NCBI GenBank assembly: GCA_902533035.1
Contig: CACAKI010000001.1
Coordinates: 33,917-97,916, forward strand
Direction of reading: 5' to 3'
Length of the DNA: 64,000 nt
Origin: an uncultured Bacteroidota bacterium
GTDB lineage: Bacteria > Bacteroidota > Bacteroidia > Flavobacteriales > TMED113
Shown: positions 60,129 to 64,000 of the stretch, piece after piece
Layout of the letters: the number at the start of each line of letters is the position of its first letter
How positions within the stretch are numbered: position 1 is the stretch's first letter
Position numbers and translations under genes: made by a program
Notes under the pieces: generated by a model
Databases searched by the model: none
Told to the model about the DNA's origin: nothing
The model's input: only the letters and a program-made list of their open reading frames with translations

Positions 60129-60254
60129 ATGAAAAAATTTCTTTTCTTTTTTTCTTTACTCTTCATTCTCTTTTTTCAATCTTGTTGTATTACAGCAAAT
60201 TGTCCAGGTTTATCCGATGGAAATGATGTTGAAAAAGAGAATATAAACTCTTAA
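60129..60254 (+). CDS. Candidate 41-aa Cys-rich lipoprotein, absent from the ORF track because it is under 60 aa
   Basis: My translation is MKKFLFFFSLLFILFFQSCCITANCPGLSDGNDVEKENINS*. It has a textbook lipoprotein signal: a KK n-region, a hydrophobic core and a lipobox-like FQS-C. The 76-aa ORF the track lists here is in a different frame. Confidence 0.45.
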   Translation: MKKFLFFFSLLFILFFQSCCITANCPGLSDGNDVEKENINS

Positions 60255-60307
60255 CGAAAAAAACTATTAATTATTCATAAAAATAGTTTTTAATTCAAAT
60301 TAAAACT

Positions 60308-61231
60308 ATGGATCAGGGAGATACTTCAAATGATTGGCATGTTATTGATTTGAAAAAAAAATTTTCAAAACCTAAATCTGTTTCTTCTTTTCAAAAAAAA
60401 CCAAAATGGTTGAGGGTGAAATTACCTGTAGGTGAAAAATTCACAAAACTTCGTTCGATAGTGAACACACATAATTTACATACAATTTGTGAAAGTGGGC
60501 ATTGTCCTAATATGGGAGAATGTTGGGGTGCTGGCACTGCAACATTTATGATTTTAGGAAATATTTGTACTAGATCATGTGGTTTTTGCTCTGTCTTAAC
60601 TGGAAAGCCTAAAGAAGTAGATTGGTCTGAGTCAGAAAAAGTAGCTAATTCAGTTTCTTTAATGAATATTAAACACTGTGTTTTAACATCTGTAGATAGA
60701 GATGATTTAGAAGATGGAGGTTCTATTTTATGGGTGCAAACAATTCAAGCTATAAGAAGGCTGTCTCCCAAAACTACTATTGAAACGTTAATACCTGATT
60801 TTAAAGGGAATACATTAAGTTTAGATCGAATTATATCTGTTCATCCAGAAGTGGTGTCTCATAATTTGGAAACAGTTGAAAGATTAACAAAAAGTGTGAG
60901 AATTCAAGCTCGTTATACTAGAAGTTTATTTGTTTTAGATTATTTAAAAAAATCAGGTCTAAAAAGAACAAAATCGGGTATAATGCTAGGTTTAGGAGAA
61001 ACAGATGATGAGATTTTACAGGCTATGGATGATTTGTTGAATGTGGGAGTTGATATTTTAACACTTGGTCAATATCTTCAGCCTACTAAAAAACATTTAC
61101 CGGTTCATAAATATATTACTCCGGAAAAATTTCTTTTTTTTAAAGAGAAAGGATTGGAGCTAGGATTTAAGTATGTTGAAAGTGGACCATTAGTAAGATC
61201 TTCTTATCACGCTGAAAAGCATTTATTTTAA
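60308..61231 (+). CDS. lipA: Lipoyl synthase
   Basis: Two Fe-S cluster motifs: [13 protein letters not shown] and the radical-SAM CTRSCGFC. C-terminal RSSYHA. Confidence 0.96.
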   Translation: MDQGDTSNDWHVIDLKKKFSKPKSVSSFQKKPKWLRVKLPVGEKFTKLRSIVNTHNLHTICESGHCPNMGECWGAGTATFMILGNICTRSCGFCSVLTGKPKEVDWSESEKVANSVSLMNIKHCVLTSVDRDDLEDGGSILWVQTIQAIRRLSPKTTIETLIPDFKGNTLSLDRIISVHPEVVSHNLETVERLTKSVRIQARYTRSLFVLDYLKKSGLKRTKSGIMLGLGETDDEILQAMDDLLNVGVDILTLGQYLQPTKKHLPVHKYITPEKFLFFKEKGLELGFKYVESGPLVRSSYHAEKHLF

Positions 61232-61235
61232 AATT

Positions 61236-62231
61236 ATGATAAAGATAGCTATAAATGGTTTTGGTAGAATAGGAAGAACTTTTTTTAGAGTTGTTTTTAA
61301 TAATCCAAATTATAAAATAGTTGCAATTAATGATTTAAGTGATGTTAAAGTTCTGAGTCATTTATTAAAATATGATTCAATTCACGGTCGATTCCCTTTT
61401 TTAGTTTCATGTGATAATAACAACTTAATTGTTAAAGGTGAAAAGATACCAATTTTAAATTTCCCTGAAAATAAAAATATTCCTTGGAAAGATTTCTCAG
61501 TTGATCTAGTAATAGAGTCTACAGGTAGTTATTTAACAAAAAAATTAGCCTTAAATCATATAAAATCAGGTGCTAAAAAAGTTATATTAACTGCGCCACC
61601 AAAAGAAAAATCGATAAAAACAGTTGTTTTTGGTGTTAATAATAATATAATTGATTTTAACGATTTAATGGTTTCCAACGCATCTTGTACCACTAACTGT
61701 GCTGCACCTATGATAAAAATTTTAAATGACTATTTTGAAATAGAAAAAGCATATGTTACAACTATTCATTCTTATACTACAGATCAAAATTTACATGATT
61801 CTAATCATCATGATTTAAGAAGAGCGCGTTCCGCTCCGAATTCTATTATTCCAACTACAACTGGTGCCGCTAAAGCCTTGTCAAATATTTTCCCTGAAAT
61901 TAAAATAGGTGGTTGTGGAATAAGAGTTCCTGTTTCAAATGGATCTTTAACTGATATTACTTGTATAGTGAAACATAAAGCAACAGTAGAAGAAGTGAAT
62001 AAAGTTTTTAAAAAAGCTTCTCTTGGTTTATTTTCTGGGATTTTATCTTATTCTGAAGATCCTATTGTTTCAGTTGATATTTTATCTTCTCCGTTTTCTT
62101 GTGTATTTGATTCAAAATTAACTTTTTGTTTAGATAATATGATTAAAATAGTTGGTTGGTATGACAATGAATATGGATATTCTAGTAGGTTAGTTGATTT
62201 AGCAGATTATTTATTTAAAAATAAGTCTTAA
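61236..62231 (+). CDS. gap: Type I glyceraldehyde-3-phosphate dehydrogenase
   Basis: INGFGRIGR, active site SNASCTTNC, WYDNEYGYS. Confidence 0.96.
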   Translation: MIKIAINGFGRIGRTFFRVVFNNPNYKIVAINDLSDVKVLSHLLKYDSIHGRFPFLVSCDNNNLIVKGEKIPILNFPENKNIPWKDFSVDLVIESTGSYLTKKLALNHIKSGAKKVILTAPPKEKSIKTVVFGVNNNIIDFNDLMVSNASCTTNCAAPMIKILNDYFEIEKAYVTTIHSYTTDQNLHDSNHHDLRRARSAPNSIIPTTTGAAKALSNIFPEIKIGGCGIRVPVSNGSLTDITCIVKHKATVEEVNKVFKKASLGLFSGILSYSEDPIVSVDILSSPFSCVFDSKLTFCLDNMIKIVGWYDNEYGYSSRLVDLADYLFKNKS

Positions 62232-62940
62232 TAAAATGATTTAACAAATTTTCAGATTCTTTTGCTTCAAAGCATTTAGTGTCTAAGAATTCTTGTGCAG
62301 ATATACCGAGTATTTTTTTTATGTAATTAGGGTATGTTTTCATTCTGTATTTTAGATCTTTTACTCTTAATTCTGGATGAAACTGAGTACAATAAATCGG
62401 TTTATTATTAAAACAAAAAGCCTCAATTTTTATTTTTTCCGATGACGCTAATATTGTTGAGTTTTTTGGTTTTTTAATAACAATATCTTCATGCCCCATT
62501 TGGCAAAAAAAAGTATCGGGAAGATGTTTAAATATAGGATCTTTTTTTCCTTCTTTAGTAAGTTTTAATTTAGTAGTTCCTAATTCTGCTAATTGTAAAT
62601 CGGTAATAACTTCACCTTCCATAGCTTTTGCCATAGCTTGAAACCCCCAACAAGATGCAAATGTAGGTTTTGATTTTTCATATAAGAATTGCATTAGATT
62701 TAATGTTTTTTTCATAAAAACTCCTCCACTTGCAATTGAGTAATCACCACTTCCTCCTATTAAAACTATATCAAATTTTTTAATAATTTTTGGTGTAATA
62801 ATTTCTCTTGTTATATCTAGAGTTTCGATATTTTTCGATCTTAAATTTATAATTCTTTTGAAACATTCTAATTCATTTTTTATCATAGGATCATGTAACT
62901 TTCTTGCTTGAATTAGTAAAAAATTTAATTTATTTTTCAT
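62215..62940 (-). CDS. Class I (type 1) glutamine amidotransferase-like protein
   Basis: Nucleophile elbow FASCWGFQAM and the His-Glu pair in TQFHPE. 241 aa. It overlaps convergent gap by 17 nt and the upstream deacylase gene by 11 nt. Confidence 0.75.
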   Translation of the reverse strand: MKNKLNFLLIQARKLHDPMIKNELECFKRIINLRSKNIETLDITREIITPKIIKKFDIVLIGGSGDYSIASGGVFMKKTLNLMQFLYEKSKPTFASCWGFQAMAKAMEGEVITDLQLAELGTTKLKLTKEGKKDPIFKHLPDTFFCQMGHEDIVIKKPKNSTILASSEKIKIEAFCFNNKPIYCTQFHPELRVKDLKYRMKTYPNYIKKILGISAQEFLDTKCFEAKESENLLNHFIKTYF

Positions 62941-63961
62941 TTTGAATAATATAAAACCCCTCGTTTCCTTGCTCTTGATATAGGGGCATTAATACTTTTC
63001 CATTAAATTGAGAATAAATTTTTCCTTTTCGATCAAAACCTATTAGGTCTCCTTTTTTTATTTTTTGAAAATTAGTCACATTTGGTTTCATAATAAAATT
63101 ATCTAATTCAGAAATTTTATGAATGTATTTTACTTTATATGTTTTATAATTGTTTTCTTGTTTTTCTGTCAATTTTTTAGGTGTAGATTTTGGCACATCT
63201 TCTTTTTTTAGTATTCTGCATTTTTCCAGAATTTTAAAAATACCTCTTTCGTGATTATATATTGATGCAGGGTCTCCAATTGATCCTCCTTCAAAAACAA
63301 TAGATGATATGTTTTTCGAGTTATAATATTCAGAGAAAGATCCTTTTACTTTACTGAATAATTTTGTAATAATAGGAATCTTGATTGCAGATGCAATTTT
63401 CTGATCATTTTTATTATTTATAATTGTAAATAGACCATTTACAGATGAAGTGTTGTGAAGGTCTATAATAATTATATTTTCCTTTTTTTTCTTTTTCATG
63501 ATTACTCCAAGTATTTCATGTATTTTTTTTAACTCTTTGTATTCATGTTTATCATTTAGTTTTCCTGTTTTTATTTGATTTATAATTTTTTGTTTCCAGA
63601 TTCTATTTAAATCAATATCTATAAATCTTTCTTTCTTTTCTATTGCTTTTAAATTTCCTTGGATACCTATGATGTTTCCGGAGATTTCAATAGATTTTTC
63701 CTCTAAATAATTAAATACTTTTTGAAGTGCTTTTTTTCCAGATAATTCATTTCCATGAATTCCACACATAAAAATTATAGTTTTTCCTTTTTCTCCGCTA
63801 TGGTAGTTTCCAACTATTCGATCTTCATTTCTTAATATCTCTTGTTTTGTTAATAATTTTGGAGAATCAAACTCATATTGAATTAAAAATTTTTTTTGCA
63901 GCATACCTATAAATAATTTTTTTTCATTAACAGGTAATATGTTTATATTTTTCTTCTTCAT
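62930..63961 (-). CDS. Succinylglutamate desuccinylase / aspartoacylase (AstE-AspA, M14-like) family zinc hydrolase
   Basis: Zinc-ligand motifs CGIHGNE and IIDLHNTSS. The frame stays open upstream of the ATG at 63961 to the window edge, so the true start could lie beyond nt 64000. Confidence 0.7.
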   Translation of the reverse strand: MKKKNINILPVNEKKLFIGMLQKKFLIQYEFDSPKLLTKQEILRNEDRIVGNYHSGEKGKTIIFMCGIHGNELSGKKALQKVFNYLEEKSIEISGNIIGIQGNLKAIEKKERFIDIDLNRIWKQKIINQIKTGKLNDKHEYKELKKIHEILGVIMKKKKKENIIIIDLHNTSSVNGLFTIINNKNDQKIASAIKIPIITKLFSKVKGSFSEYYNSKNISSIVFEGGSIGDPASIYNHERGIFKILEKCRILKKEDVPKSTPKKLTEKQENNYKTYKVKYIHKISELDNFIMKPNVTNFQKIKKGDLIGFDRKGKIYSQFNGKVLMPLYQEQGNEGFYIIQNEK

Positions 63962-64000
63962 TATTTTTATAGCACTGGAAATTTTTTCGCTTGGCGTTAT

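Noticed and set aside
59996-60226. 76-aa plus-strand ORF from the track in the OMP/lipA intergenic region
   Set aside because: Its translation (MKNTSMSKERIKK...FRIFFHYKLL...) has no signal peptide, domain or motif, and it starts inside the Omp85-like gene on the opposite strand. The alternative frame encoding the 41-aa lipoprotein (60129..60254) is much more protein-like.
1-64000. Search for rRNA, tRNA, tmRNA, RNase P RNA, CRISPR arrays, transposases, integrases, phage genes or known defence genes
   Set aside because: No intergenic gap exceeds ~260 bp. None has the G/C content or the cloverleaf or repeat-spacer structure required. Every long ORF has a housekeeping or metabolic assignment. 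I could not support any such feature.

Overview
AT-rich (roughly 70% A+T by eye), very gene-dense chromosomal core segment, about 97-98% coding, with many 1-22 nt gene overlaps. It is most consistent with a streamlined member of Bacteroidota, class Flavobacteriia. Supporting evidence: no Shine-Dalgarno sequences upstream of genes, a TTTG-N19-TAnnTTTG promoter before rpsL, a PorX-like PglZ protein, the DUF4290-murA pairing, fusA not followed by tuf, and cysteine-poor L36 and S14. The species cannot be determined from sequence alone. Contents in order: 3' part of porX, tsaE, an alanine dehydrogenase-family gene, proline dehydrogenase, aroB-aroA, marC, purE, adk, obg, a PAP2 phosphatase, an O-methyltransferase, a secreted Zn-metalloprotease with a small beta-barrel protein, a four-gene beta-oxidation operon, purL, recG, pheT, a grpE-dnaJ-ppx/gppA-sigma54 activator operon, DUF4290-murA, a uvrD-like helicase, a 33-gene str-S10-spc-alpha ribosomal superoperon (rpsL to rplQ, including unlisted rpmJ), carA-eno-gltA, rlmB, an Omp85/ShlB-like barrel, lipA, gap, and a glutamine amidotransferase / AstE-AspA deacylase pair. 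I found no rRNA, tRNA, CRISPR array, transposase, integrase or recognisable defence genes, so this is not an accessory island. The best lead is a near-consensus sigma-54 (-24/-12) promoter directly upstream of the grpE-dnaJ-ppx operon. The last gene of that operon is a sigma-54 activator with no DNA-binding domain, which suggests a self-contained sigma-54 circuit on a chaperone/stress operon. Smaller leads: two unlisted small ORFs (a 41-aa Cys-rich lipoprotein and a 46-aa membrane peptide coupled by TAATG), a six-copy 18-bp tandem repeat forming an acidic tail on L17, one AT palindrome shared by two divergent promoter regions, and convergent genes sharing TTAA stop codons.
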